Assembly: GCA_963849105.1 (NCBI GenBank)
Contig: CAWKGD010000001.1
Span: 122,719-186,718, forward strand
Source: an uncultured Acidimicrobiaceae bacterium
Lineage (GTDB): Bacteria; Actinomycetota; Acidimicrobiia; Acidimicrobiales; Bog-793
Direction: 5' to 3'
DNA: 64,000 nt
Shown here: positions 10,821-20,942 of the stretch, piece after piece
Numbering within the stretch: position 1 is the first letter of the stretch
How the letters are laid out: each line of letters opens with the position of its first letter
The notes under the pieces: generated by a model
Database searches by the model: none
Told to the model about the DNA's origin: nothing
The model's input: the letters and a program-made list of their open reading frames with translations, nothing else
Made by a program: the position numbers and the translations under genes

Positions 10821-12104
10821 CTATTCCCGCGCATACGGCTTGCCGTCGGCGGCGGGGGGCCGCACGCGGCCGACGAGGCCCGAGACCACGGCGATCGTGA
10901 TCACGTACGGCGCCATCGACAAGAAGGGTGCCGGTATCCCGACGTTGAGCACGGCCAGCGCGCTCTGCAAGGACTCTGCGAAGCCGAACAGGAGCGCCGC
11001 TCCGAGCGCGCCGTAGGGGCGCCAGCGCCCGAAGATCATCGCCGCCAGCGCGACGAAGCCGAGCCCTGAGCTGATGTCGGTGGTGAACTCGCCGATCGAG
11101 CCGATCGTGAAGTAGGCGCCGCCGAGGCCACCGAGCATGCCGCCGATGATCACGTTGGAATACCGCCTCCGGATCACGTCCAGTCCGACCGTCTCCGCCG
11201 CCTGCGGGTGCTCGCCGACAGCACGTACCCGCAAGCCCCAGCGTGTCCTGAACAGGCCGACGTTGATGGTGACGAGGAGGATCGCAGCCAGGTAGACGAA
11301 GAAGTTCTGGTCGAAAAGAACCGGACCGACGATCGGGATCTTCGATAACAGCGGGATCTTCCAGGCCGAGAAGGTGATGCCGGTGTTGAGGGAGCTCTGG
11401 TAGGGCGTCAGCACTTCGTACAGGAGGTAGTTGGTGAGACCGAGCGCAAAGGCGTCGATCACGATGCCAATGATGATCTGGTCGGCGCCGTAGCGCAGTG
11501 CGAGGAAGCCGAGCAGCCAGCCGAGGGCGGCACCGGCGCCGGCGCCGCACAGCGCAGCGAGCCACAGGTCGCCGGTCCAGGACCCGATCATCGCCCCCAG
11601 GAAGGCGCCAACGAGGAACTGACCCTCGATGGCGACGTTGATGACGCCGGACCGCTCGCAGATCATTCCCGACAGCGAGCCGTAGATGAGCGGCGTTGCG
11701 CCGATGAGGGTCCCGGCCAGCACGCTGACGAAGTTGAGCGTGGCTCCCCGCGCCGCCCAGACGAGGAACGCCCAGAGAAAGACGATCGCGCCGAGCGTGA
11801 AGATGGCGTACATGCCGCGGCTGCGGCGCCACGTGAAGACCAGTGCCCCGAGGCCGGCGCAGACGATTGCGAGAATGATCGAGATCCACCGCACGTCCAT
11901 CGTGATCGGCGCGACGTTGACGGCCGGCGCCTCCGTGAGGATGAAGGTGGTGTGCAGGTTGCCGCCGATGCCGGCTCCCATCGGCCAGAACATGGTGACT
12001 GCCAGCAGCATGAGGAAGACCCCCATGCCGTGCCGGCGGCGGGACGGGACAAATCGGGCCCTGACAGGGGCCAACTCGGCGGCGGTGACGGCGACCGCGC
12101 TCAC
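10821..12104 (-). CDS. Nucleoside ABC transporter permease 2
   Basis: CERSGVINVAIEG, RAVGEHP and ALAAMIFGRW motifs; GTG start at 12104 overlaps the upstream stop (GTGA). Confidence 0.9.
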   Translation of the reverse strand: MSAVAVTAAELAPVRARFVPSRRRHGMGVFLMLLAVTMFWPMGAGIGGNLHTTFILTEAPAVNVAPITMDVRWISIILAIVCAGLGALVFTWRRSRGMYAIFTLGAIVFLWAFLVWAARGATLNFVSVLAGTLIGATPLIYGSLSGMICERSGVINVAIEGQFLVGAFLGAMIGSWTGDLWLAALCGAGAGAALGWLLGFLALRYGADQIIIGIVIDAFALGLTNYLLYEVLTPYQSSLNTGITFSAWKIPLLSKIPIVGPVLFDQNFFVYLAAILLVTINVGLFRTRWGLRVRAVGEHPQAAETVGLDVIRRRYSNVIIGGMLGGLGGAYFTIGSIGEFTTDISSGLGFVALAAMIFGRWRPYGALGAALLFGFAESLQSALAVLNVGIPAPFLSMAPYVITIAVVSGLVGRVRPPAADGKPYARE

Positions 12105-13375
12105 GCTGCCCACCCCTTGGTGGCGATGCGGATTTGACCTGCCCGCGCCGCACGCAGCCGGAACACTTCGCGCACAAGAGCCGGCGTCGCCACCATGAAG
12201 ACGATCACCGCCTGGATCACCGTCGTGAGGTCGATCGGGATGCCGGTCACCGCCTGCATGTTGCGCCCTCCGGAGATGAGCGCGGCGAACAGCAACGAGC
12301 CGAGGACGATGCCGCCGGGGCTGTTTCGACCCAAAAGCGCCACCGTGATCGCGTTGAAGCCGGTGTTGCCGCCGTAGCCGGTCGAGAGGAAGAAGTCGGT
12401 TCCCGAGAGCGTCGCCATGCCGGCCATCCCGACGAGCGCTCCCGAGATCGTGAGGACGAGGACGGTGATGAGCCGCGCATCCATGCCCGCTGTCTTGCCC
12501 GCGTCCGGGTTGAGGCCGATCACCCTGAACGAGAAGCCGAGCCGGCTCCTTCGCATCAGCCACCAGATGACGAGTGCCATCGCGAGAGCGACGATCAACG
12601 CAAGGTTCACCCGCAGCGTGCTACCGAAGAGATGGGGCATCTGAGCCGTGGCGGGCATGGTCTTCGAGATCGCGTTCGACTGCCCCGGCTGTTGGAAAGG
12701 GGAGATGACGAGCAGCCAATCGAGCAGGTCGAGGAAGATGTAGTTGAGCATGATGGTCGTGATGACCTCATGGGCGCCGGTCGTGGCTTTGAGGATGCCG
12801 GGGATGAAGCCTGCTACGGCTCCGCCGGCTGCGCCGGCGACGATCACGAGCGGGATGTGGATTCCGATCGGCGCCTTGATCTCCGTGCCGACCCAGAGGG
12901 CGGCGACTGCACCCGCGATCAGCTGCCCCTGACCGCCGATGTTGAACACTCCGGTGGAGAACCCGAGCCCGACGCCGAGCCCGCCGAGCATGAGCGGGGT
13001 GGCGGCGACGAGCGTCTCCGAGATGGGATTGAAGGCTTGCGTGAGACTCTGTGCGTGGGGATTGAAGATCGAGCCCTCGAGCAGCGCCGAGTAGGCCCCG
13101 GCGATCGTCGACCAGCTCTGCCCGAACGCGTGACCGGGATTGCTCCCGATGTGCCCCCACGCGTGAAGCACGACCGGGGTGGTGCAGATGATCAATAGCG
13201 CCCCGACGACGAGGCCGGCAAAGATCGCGCAGACGGTGACCACGAGCACGTTGGCCTCGCTGAGCCGGCGCAAAAGGTCAACGGCCCGCGAGCGCCGCTT
13301 CGCCCCGCCCGACGGCTCCGGCTCGGAAGACGCGACCGACTGATCGAGGTCGACGGTCCCCGTGTCGCTGCTCAT
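12101..13375 (-). CDS. Nucleoside ABC transporter permease 1
   Basis: FNIGGQGQ, HEVITTIMLNY and GFNAITVALLG motifs. Confidence 0.9.
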   Translation of the reverse strand: MSSDTGTVDLDQSVASSEPEPSGGAKRRSRAVDLLRRLSEANVLVVTVCAIFAGLVVGALLIICTTPVVLHAWGHIGSNPGHAFGQSWSTIAGAYSALLEGSIFNPHAQSLTQAFNPISETLVAATPLMLGGLGVGLGFSTGVFNIGGQGQLIAGAVAALWVGTEIKAPIGIHIPLVIVAGAAGGAVAGFIPGILKATTGAHEVITTIMLNYIFLDLLDWLLVISPFQQPGQSNAISKTMPATAQMPHLFGSTLRVNLALIVALAMALVIWWLMRRSRLGFSFRVIGLNPDAGKTAGMDARLITVLVLTISGALVGMAGMATLSGTDFFLSTGYGGNTGFNAITVALLGRNSPGGIVLGSLLFAALISGGRNMQAVTGIPIDLTTVIQAVIVFMVATPALVREVFRLRAARAGQIRIATKGWAA

Positions 13376-14937
13376 GAGCCCTCGCCTTCCGCTCCGGCGG
13401 TGGCGGCAGACGCTGCGCCGGAGTCGTCAGCCGGCGCCTCAGCGATGCCGGCCATCATCAGGCCGATCCGCTCCCGACTGGCGCTCGGATCGACGACGCC
13501 CATGATCTGACCCCTGTACATGACGGCGATGCGGTCGCCGAGGGCGAGCACCTCGTCGAGCTCGGACGAGATGATGAGCACCGCCGTGCCCTGGTCGCGC
13601 TCGGAGACGATCCGCTTGTGGACGTACTCGATCGAGCCGACGTCGAGGCCACGCGTCGGTTGCGACGCCACGACCAACTTGACCGGCTTGCCGAGCTCCC
13701 GCGCGACCACGACCTTTTGCTGGTTGCCGCCCGAGAGCGACGAGACGGGTTCGTCGACCGAGCCGGCGCGGATGTCGAACTCCCGCACGCGCCGTTCCGC
13801 GTTCTCCTTGACAACGCCGAGATGCCGCGATGCCCGACCGGCGTAGGGGGGATCTCCGTAGACGTCGAGCACGAGGTTGTCCGCCAGCCGCATCGGGAGC
13901 ACGAGGGCGTCCTTCTGCCGGTCCTCGGGCACGTAGGCCAGGCCTGCGTGGAGGCGCTGGCGTGGCGTGGCGTGCGTCAGATCCTGCCCGGCGACGACGA
14001 TGCTGCCGCGCAGCGTGCGGCGCAGGCCCATTACCGCCTCCACCAGCTCTGTCTGGCCGTTCCCCTGCACGCCAGCCAGCGCCACGATCTCGCCGGCGCG
14101 CACCTCGAGGTCGACGCCGTTGACGGCGATCAGATCGCGGTCATCGGCGACGGTGAGATCCTTCAGCTGCAACTCGACCTCGCCCGGAACGGCCGGGCCC
14201 TTCGTCACCGTGAGCTCGACGGAGCGACCGACCATCATCGAGGCGAGCTCCTCCTCGCTCGACTCGGCGGGAGTGGTGGTGCCGACGACCTTGCCGAGCC
14301 GCATCACCGTCACTTTGTCGGAGACCTCCAGCACCTCTTTGAGCTTGTGGCTGATGAACAGGATCGAGCGTCCCGAGGCTGCGAGCGAGCGCATGATGCG
14401 GAAGAGAGCCTCAGTCTCCTGCGGCGTCAGCACCGACGTCGGCTCGTCGAGGATCAGCATCTGGGCGTCGCGATCGAGGGCCTTCAGGATCTCGACTCGT
14501 TGCTGCACACCAACCGGAAGTTCCTCGACGACCGCCTCCGGGTCCACCTCGAGGCCGTACTCCTCGGACAGGCGGCGGATTTTCGCGTCGGCTTTGCGGC
14601 GGTCGTAGAAGACCCTGGCCTTCGTCGGCTCGAACCCGAGCGCGACGTTCTCGGCCGCGGTGAACACATTCACCAACATGAAATGCTGGTGGACCATGCC
14701 GATCCCGGCGCGCACGGCGTCGCCCGGGTCGGAGATCCTGACCGGTTCGCCGCCGATGCGGATCTCCCCGGAGTCCGGCCGCAGCAGGCCAAAGAGAACG
14801 TTCATCAGCGTCGTCTTGCCGGCGCCGTTCTCGCCGAGGAGGCCGTGGATCTCGCCTTGTTCGACGGTCAAGTTCACCTCGTCATTCGCGACGAGCTGGC
14901 CGAAGCGCTTGGTGATGTCGACGAGTTCGAGCTTCAT
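13372..14937 (-). CDS. Nucleoside/sugar ABC transporter ATP-binding protein with two ATPase domains
   Basis: GENGAGKT, ILDEPT and LSGGNQQK motifs. Confidence 0.93.
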   Translation of the reverse strand: MKLELVDITKRFGQLVANDEVNLTVEQGEIHGLLGENGAGKTTLMNVLFGLLRPDSGEIRIGGEPVRISDPGDAVRAGIGMVHQHFMLVNVFTAAENVALGFEPTKARVFYDRRKADAKIRRLSEEYGLEVDPEAVVEELPVGVQQRVEILKALDRDAQMLILDEPTSVLTPQETEALFRIMRSLAASGRSILFISHKLKEVLEVSDKVTVMRLGKVVGTTTPAESSEEELASMMVGRSVELTVTKGPAVPGEVELQLKDLTVADDRDLIAVNGVDLEVRAGEIVALAGVQGNGQTELVEAVMGLRRTLRGSIVVAGQDLTHATPRQRLHAGLAYVPEDRQKDALVLPMRLADNLVLDVYGDPPYAGRASRHLGVVKENAERRVREFDIRAGSVDEPVSSLSGGNQQKVVVARELGKPVKLVVASQPTRGLDVGSIEYVHKRIVSERDQGTAVLIISSELDEVLALGDRIAVMYRGQIMGVVDPSASRERIGLMMAGIAEAPADDSGAASAATAGAEGEGS

Positions 14938-14961
14938 CGGCTGCCTGCTGGCTCCACGCGA

Positions 14962-14994
14962 GGAACCGGGCCGGTCGCCGACCAGCCCGGTTCC
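14962..14994 (-). terminator. Intra-operon stem-loop between the binding-protein and ATPase genes (attenuator or mRNA stabiliser)
   Basis: Inverted repeat GGAACCGGGCcGGTC-gcc-GACCaGCCCGGTTCC; no U tract. Confidence 0.55.
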
Positions 14995-15080
14995 GTCGCC
15001 TCACTGCAGCCGTACCGGACCCGCTGGGCCATTGGCGGCAGAGTGGTCCGCTAGCGGTTCTGTGTCAGCTCAGTGGTTGG

Positions 15081-16334
15081 TCACCCCGAGCAGACGGAGG
15101 AAAGAGACGAGGCGGGCGTTGCCGCCTTGGCCGGGTAGCTGCACGGATTCACCGAGATCTTGCCGCTCTCGATGCCTGACGTGATGGTGCTCAGCTGCGA
15201 CTTCAAACTCGCTGTGATCTTGCTGGCGAACTGGTGGTACGGGGAAAGGACGGCGCCGCCGTTCTTGAGGTTGCCGGTGTAGAAACCGCCCTTGAAGGTG
15301 CCGTGGACCGCCGCCAGCACGGCGGTCTCGACCGAGGGCACGATGCCCTTCGTGACGCTCGTGATGAAGTACTTGCAGCCGCTCGGGTCCGAGACGCAGC
15401 CGTCGGTGTCCACCCACTCCATCGCGACCGAGCCCGGGCTGGTTGTGTCAGCTGACTGGATCGCCGCCACGGCGCCGAGGCCGACGCCGCCGGCCACCGA
15501 GAAGATCACGCTCGCGCCTTCGCCGATCAGGGTCTGGGTGTCGGTCTTGCCGAGGCCGGTGTCGGTGAAGTTGTCGGTAAACAGCCCGGTGCCGGTGTAG
15601 CTGACGGAGGTCCGGCCCTTGGAGGTCGGGTACCAGCCGTACACCTTCACCGACTTGTGATTCAGCTCGTCGTAGTAGCGCACACCCGCCACCCAGCCGT
15701 CCATGTAGATGGTGACGGTCGGGATGTTCTGGCCGCCGAACTCGCCGACGGCGCCGTTAGCTGCGATCGAGTTCGACTTGGCCAACGCGGCGGCGATGTA
15801 GCCGCCGAGGAAGGCGTCCTGGTTCGTCTCGTAGGCGAGGTTGTCGATGTTCTTCAGGGCCGTTTCAGAGGAGCTGAATCCGGGGCAACCCTTCCCAGTT
15901 CCGCCCGGGCAGTCGACGATCGCGAAGTCGACCGTCGGGTGCGCCTTGGCGGCGGTCTGGGTGGCGGCGGCCATGTCGTAACCGACGGTGATGATGATGC
16001 CGCAACGCTCGCTCAGGAAGGAGTCGATGTTCGGCGTGTAGTCGCTCGTCGAGGTCGACGAGAGGAACTTGGGCACGATGTTGTGGTCGACGGCCTCTGC
16101 GGCCTTCAACCCTTGGTAGGCGGAGGCGTTGAACGACCGGTCATTGATGCCGCCCGTGTCGGTCACTTCACAGGCGAGGAACTGCTTCCCGCTCTTGGCC
16201 GTTCGAGCTGTCAGCGCGGCCCTGGTGGGCGTGGCGGAGGCAACATTCGAACCGTAAGCGACGAGCGCCAACCCGGCCATCATCGCTATCCCGATGCTGC
16301 TTGCTGCCCTCCACTTGATTCTGGTGGCTTTCAT
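15081..16334 (-). CDS. BMP-family nucleoside-binding protein 1
   Basis: VTDTGGINDRSFNASA, QDAFLGG, IFSVAG and WVDTD motifs; signal peptide. Confidence 0.92.
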   Translation of the reverse strand: MKATRIKWRAASSIGIAMMAGLALVAYGSNVASATPTRAALTARTAKSGKQFLACEVTDTGGINDRSFNASAYQGLKAAEAVDHNIVPKFLSSTSTSDYTPNIDSFLSERCGIIITVGYDMAAATQTAAKAHPTVDFAIVDCPGGTGKGCPGFSSSETALKNIDNLAYETNQDAFLGGYIAAALAKSNSIAANGAVGEFGGQNIPTVTIYMDGWVAGVRYYDELNHKSVKVYGWYPTSKGRTSVSYTGTGLFTDNFTDTGLGKTDTQTLIGEGASVIFSVAGGVGLGAVAAIQSADTTSPGSVAMEWVDTDGCVSDPSGCKYFITSVTKGIVPSVETAVLAAVHGTFKGGFYTGNLKNGGAVLSPYHQFASKITASLKSQLSTITSGIESGKISVNPCSYPAKAATPASSLSSVCSG

Positions 16335-16606
16335 GTCTCAGCGGCTCCCTTCCGATGGACATTGAGGAATTTGATGGAACGTCGTTGGCAAGAAACGGCG
16401 TTGCCTGTTCGTAACGTAGTGCCAACCCGGGTCCGGTGGCTGGAGAAAAATTTCTTTCAGGCCCTTTTGGGCCGGTCGAACCGATGCACCGATCGGGTGC
16501 AACACGGTCTTGATTTCCGAGCGCCTTCATGTCGCGAATCCGATGGCCAGTCTTCTGGATCAGCACCTCTTCAAGTTGGCGCTCAGCGAACTCGCGGGCG
16601 TTTCTC

Positions 16607-17215
16607 TCAACCGCTGGACCCGCCCTCTCCGGCGGGCAGGAACGGCAGGTCGACGTCGGCGAGGCGCACGAGCGCTGAGGCGACCCAACGCCCGAGCGGG
16701 GCGATCGCCGCGTCGAGGCGGTCGGGCTCTTCGAGGTACGCCTCGTTGAGTTTGAAGTTGCCGTGGTAGGGAAGCTCGAGCGCGTACGACGGTGGCGCGT
16801 CGCTGTCTTCGGTGCGCTCTTCCACGCTCAGCGCGTCGCGGGCGAGCGGGGCCGTGCCGACGATCGGCGCGTCGTCGCCGACAGCCGAAAGGACGAGGGC
16901 TTTGTCCGGCGTGGCGGCGAGGCGCTGCAGGCGCAGCGTCACCTCGATCGAGACCTCGGGCGGGAGCGGCAGCGGCTCGCCGATCGACCAGGACCGGTAG
17001 GCGCTCTGGCTCCAGGTCGGCCACTCGAGAGCGAGGTCGGCGCGCACCCGAGGGGGACGCCCTTCGCCGGGCAGCGAGTATGACGTCTCGAAGCTCACGT
17101 CGCCCAGAAAGACATCGACCTGAAATCTCTCCTCGACGGCCTGCTGTTCGAGGAGGGCGCCTTCGAGCGCGTCCCGCATTGCCGCGATCACGTCTAAGAG
17201 GATGTGATCGACCAC
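16607..17215 (-). CDS. Hypothetical protein of about 200 aa (start uncertain; the ORF extends to 17311)
   Basis: Natural-looking composition and codon usage (ERFQVDVFLGDVSFETSYSLPGE); no family recognised. Confidence 0.65.
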   Translation of the reverse strand: MVDHILLDVIAAMRDALEGALLEQQAVEERFQVDVFLGDVSFETSYSLPGEGRPPRVRADLALEWPTWSQSAYRSWSIGEPLPLPPEVSIEVTLRLQRLAATPDKALVLSAVGDDAPIVGTAPLARDALSVEERTEDSDAPPSYALELPYHGNFKLNEAYLEEPDRLDAAIAPLGRWVASALVRLADVDLPFLPAGEGGSSG

Positions 17216-17460
17216 GAGGTCAGAGGCTATCTGTGGTACCGCGCGGCGGCCCTTGAATGACCCGCGCGGCCGGCGTTTGTCACGGCCAAGGGCCGAGGTG
17301 CCTGGTGACATTTCGGACGACGGTAGTAACGTGCTCGTAGCAATTCTGAGTGCGGCTCGGAATCAGCGGCGTGGCGCGTCGGGCGTCGAGTTGGACCTTC
17401 AGCCCCGGGCCAGCGGATCGCGGCCGGTGCGCGTGACGTTGATCCATTTCAAGGAGGGCA

Positions 17461-18639
17461 ATGGATTCAATGAACCGGCGGGCTCCGTGGGTTGCGAGAC
17501 GAACCCGGCGGTGGTCCTCGGTGCGGACGATCCTCGCCTTCTCGGCGCTGGCACTCACCGTGAGCACCGTCTCGGTCGGCAGCGCTTCGGGCTCTCGTCG
17601 TGCGAATCGGACGACCGATACGACGCGAACTCACTACAAGAGCGGCTTCTTCGCCTGTGAGGTCACCGACACCGCCGGCATCAACGACCGTTCGTTCAAC
17701 GCGTCGGCGTGGGCCGGACTGCAGAGCGCGCAGTCAGTCGACCCGTCGATGAAGATCGAAAATCTGCAGTCGGCCTCGGATCGCGACTACGCGCCAAATA
17801 TTCAGACCTTCATCGGGCGCCACTGCGGCATCATCGTCACCGTCGGTTCCCTGATGGAAAAGGCGACCCAGCAAGCCGCGAAGAAATATCCGATGCAAGA
17901 TTTCGCGATCGTGGACTATGCATACAGGCCGACCCTGTCGAACGTTTTTGCGCTCTCGTACGAGACGAACCAGGACGCGTTCTTGGCCGGTTTCCTGGCC
18001 GCGGCGATGAGCAAGACCGCCGCTGTTGGCACCTTCGGAGGTGAGAACACCCCGTCTGTCACCATCTACATGGATGGCTGGGTCGCCGGTGTCCGCTACT
18101 TCGACAAGATCCACCACAAACGAGTCGTCGCTTTGGGCTGGACTCCCGACCCGAGACGCGCGAAGAGCAGCCTCGCCGGCTCGGGCCTCTTCACCGGGTC
18201 GTACACGAACCAGGCGGACGGGCGCACCGACGCGCTGTCACTGATCCAGCAGGGCGCGGGCGTCATCTTTCCGGTCGCCGGTTCAGTCGGCGGTGTCGGG
18301 GCCGCCGAATCGGTGGAGCAGAACAAGGGAGTGACGATGGAGTGGGTCGACACCGACGGATGCGTCTCTCACCCGTCCTTCTGCCCGCTCTTCCTGACGA
18401 GCGTCACGCAGGGCATCGTTGCCTCGGTGTCGCAGGCAGTGCTGCTCGCCGCTTCGGGCAACTTCAAGGGCGGCACCTACATCGGCACGCTCGCGAACCA
18501 CGGCGTTTCACTTTCTCCGTACCACGACTATGCGCAGGTGATCCCGGCGTCGGTGCGGAAGGAACTCCAGACCCTTAAACAAGGAATCATCGCGGGGAAG
18601 ATTTCGGTCGATCCGAACTCGTACCCGGCGGTCAGCTAG
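17461..18639 (+). CDS. BMP-family nucleoside-binding protein 2 (paralogue)
   Basis: AAGGAGG RBS; shares ACEVTDTAGINDRSFNASA, YETNQDAFL and MEWVDTDGCVS with 15081-16334. Confidence 0.9.
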   Translation: MDSMNRRAPWVARRTRRWSSVRTILAFSALALTVSTVSVGSASGSRRANRTTDTTRTHYKSGFFACEVTDTAGINDRSFNASAWAGLQSAQSVDPSMKIENLQSASDRDYAPNIQTFIGRHCGIIVTVGSLMEKATQQAAKKYPMQDFAIVDYAYRPTLSNVFALSYETNQDAFLAGFLAAAMSKTAAVGTFGGENTPSVTIYMDGWVAGVRYFDKIHHKRVVALGWTPDPRRAKSSLAGSGLFTGSYTNQADGRTDALSLIQQGAGVIFPVAGSVGGVGAAESVEQNKGVTMEWVDTDGCVSHPSFCPLFLTSVTQGIVASVSQAVLLAASGNFKGGTYIGTLANHGVSLSPYHDYAQVIPASVRKELQTLKQGIIAGKISVDPNSYPAVS

Positions 18640-18711
18640 CGATTCTGGGGGGCGCGCCCCGGGTCCGGCTTGCGCCGGGCTCGGGGCGCGAGCGCCGCAT
18701 CGCACGCGTTA

Positions 18712-19040
18712 TCGAACGTGATCCTCGGCGGCGCGGTCGCGGGGATCGGCGGGGCGGCCTTCGCGATCGGCTCGATCGGCGAGTTCTCGGCCGAGATGAC
18801 GGCCGGTCTCGGCTACATCGTTCTCGCCGCGATGATCTTCGAGCGTTGGCGACCGCACGGCGGACTGCTCTCCGCGTCGTCGTTCCGGTTCGCGAGCCCG
18901 CCACAGCGACCTCACCATGTTGAACGTGCTGATCAACTCCAACCTCTTGGCGATGGCGCCGTAGGCCACCGCGATCGCCTTCGTCTCGGGGTTGATCGGG
19001 CGGGTGCGTCCCCCCGCCTACGACGGCGAGCCCTACCGTC
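18712..19040 (+). pseudogene. Degenerate 3' fragment of nucleoside ABC permease 2
   Basis: Aligns with the C-terminus of 10821-12104 (GSIGEF, LAAMIF-x-RWRP, GRVRPPA-x-DG-x-PY); frameshift near 18900-18910 and an in-frame TAG replacing Tyr in MAPY; no 5' part. Confidence 0.85.
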
Positions 19041-19060
19041 CGCGGTGGCGCGGATTCGGA

Positions 19061-19984
19061 TTACCGGGGGCGGGCGCCCGGGATCTCAACGATCGTCGCC
19101 GCGGCGACAAGACCGGAATCGATCGCCGATCTCGGCTCCGCGCCGTGCAGCCACGCAGCGAGGAAGGCGCCGGTGAACGCGTCCCCGGCCCCGGTGGTGT
19201 CGACGACGGCGGCGGCGTGCGGCGGGACGAGCACGGGAAGAGCGCCGCGTTCGACGAGGCAGACGCCGGCCGAACCGAGGGTGACGATCGACGTCGGGTA
19301 GCGCGGCGCCAGCGCCTCGCCGATCGCCTCCGGATCGGACGACCCGGTCAGCGCGTGCGCCTCGTCGCCGTTCGCGAACAACACGTCCGCTCCCTTCGTC
19401 GTGTCGAAGAACGCCTCGGCGCCCATCCGCCGGAGCGGCGCCGCCGACGAGCAGTCGACCGACCGGGACATCCCCGCCTCACCGGCCCGGTCAAAGATCG
19501 CCTTTGCCACCGGACGGGTGGCTTTATCGATCACTTCGTAGCCAGAGACATGGAGGTGACCACGGGCGCCGAAGAGCTGCTCGGGGAGCGCCTCCGCGTC
19601 GAGTGACAGGTTCGCGCCACGGTCGGTGAGCATCGAGCGTCGACCTCCGGAACAGACGATGGAGACGACGGCCCCGGTGTGAGCTCCGTGGGCGACGCGC
19701 ACCTGGGGTGAGACTCCGGCGCGCACGAGCGCCGCGACGAGCGAACGTCCGCGCTCATCGTCGCCGACCGCGCCGACGAGCGCTGCAGCGATGCCGCCTC
19801 GAGCAAGGAATACCGCAACATTCGACGCGGATCCTCCGGGCCCGGTCGTGATCTGCGCGGCGGTGTCGCTTTCTTCGGCGAAGTCCTCCTGCAAACGCAC
19901 GACGAGGTCCGTCATCAGGTCGCCGACGACGACGGCGAAGGGCTGCTCTTGGCTGTCTTCCCGTAAGCATCGAGTCGTCGTCAC
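19061..19984 (-). CDS. PfkB family kinase, probable pseudouridine kinase
   Basis: GGSASNVA, FANGDEA and DTTGAGDAF motifs; GTG start coupled to the psuG stop. Confidence 0.85.
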   Translation of the reverse strand: MTTTRCLREDSQEQPFAVVVGDLMTDLVVRLQEDFAEESDTAAQITTGPGGSASNVAVFLARGGIAAALVGAVGDDERGRSLVAALVRAGVSPQVRVAHGAHTGAVVSIVCSGGRRSMLTDRGANLSLDAEALPEQLFGARGHLHVSGYEVIDKATRPVAKAIFDRAGEAGMSRSVDCSSAAPLRRMGAEAFFDTTKGADVLFANGDEAHALTGSSDPEAIGEALAPRYPTSIVTLGSAGVCLVERGALPVLVPPHAAAVVDTTGAGDAFTGAFLAAWLHGAEPRSAIDSGLVAAATIVEIPGARPR

Positions 19985-20904
19985 CTCTTCGCGACCTCGA
20001 TTGCCACCTCGCCGGCGAGACGAGCGTTCGCCCGCACGAGGGCGCGATTCGTCCGCACGCTCTCGCCCTTTGTGTACTCGGCGAAGCACGCGAGCAGGAA
20101 GGGCGTGACGTCCTTGCCCTGCACGCCTGCGGCCGCCGCGCGGGCTTCCGCGTCGGCGAGCGCCGCGGAGTGAACTTCGGCGGAGAGCGCGTCCGCCTCG
20201 GCAACGGGATTGGCGAGGACCATCGCCGCCGGGGAGAGCGTCCGGTGGGCGCGGAACGCCGTGGCCACATCTCCGGGGGAGTCGAGGCGCCAGCTGAGGC
20301 GGTGCGGCGTCGCCCGGACGTAGAAGCCCGGGAAGGCGTCGGTGCGATATCCAGCGACGGGAACCGAGAGCGTCTCGAGGCGTTCGAGGGTCGCCGAGAC
20401 GTCGAGGATCGATTTCACGCCGGAGCAGACGACGAGCACCGACGTGTCGTGTAGCGCGTAGAGATCGGCGGATTCGTCGTAGGTGGCGCTCGCGCCCCGG
20501 TGGACGCCGCCGAGTCCTCCGGTCGCCATCACGACGACGCCCGCTCGCGCGGCGAGCGAGATCGTCGAGGCGACCGTCGTTGCGCCGTTGATGCCCTGGG
20601 CGATCGCCAACCCGAGATCGCGCGAGCTCAGCTTCGCGACCTTTGATGGTGCGGCCGCCAATTGCGCGACCTCGTCGCGGGAGAGTCCGACGACAGGGAC
20701 ACCGCCCAGGACGCCGATCGTCGCCGGCACAGCCCCGGTCGATGCGACGATCTCTTCGAGTTCCTGGGCGACCTCGAGGTTCTCCGGGCGCGGAAGACCA
20801 TGCACGATCAGTGTCGTTTCCAGCGCAACGATTCCGCGGCCTTCGGCGAGCGCCGCCTGCACGGCATCCCCGACGCGGATCGAGCTTCTGCCCCGCTCTG
20901 ACAT
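19981..20904 (-). CDS. psuG: Pseudouridine-5'-phosphate glycosidase
   Basis: VALETTLIVHG, KLSSRD, ATGGLGGVHRG, DESADL, GVKSILD and GKDVTPFLL motifs. Confidence 0.93.
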   Translation of the reverse strand: MSERGRSSIRVGDAVQAALAEGRGIVALETTLIVHGLPRPENLEVAQELEEIVASTGAVPATIGVLGGVPVVGLSRDEVAQLAAAPSKVAKLSSRDLGLAIAQGINGATTVASTISLAARAGVVVMATGGLGGVHRGASATYDESADLYALHDTSVLVVCSGVKSILDVSATLERLETLSVPVAGYRTDAFPGFYVRATPHRLSWRLDSPGDVATAFRAHRTLSPAAMVLANPVAEADALSAEVHSAALADAEARAAAAGVQGKDVTPFLLACFAEYTKGESVRTNRALVRANARLAGEVAIEVAKR

Positions 20905-20942
20905 GGGCGTCGAAGTGTACTGTTCGCACGTTCCGGGGAGCT

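Noticed and set aside
16335..16606. Purine riboswitch upstream of the nucleoside transporter
   Set aside because: No recognisable aptamer consensus
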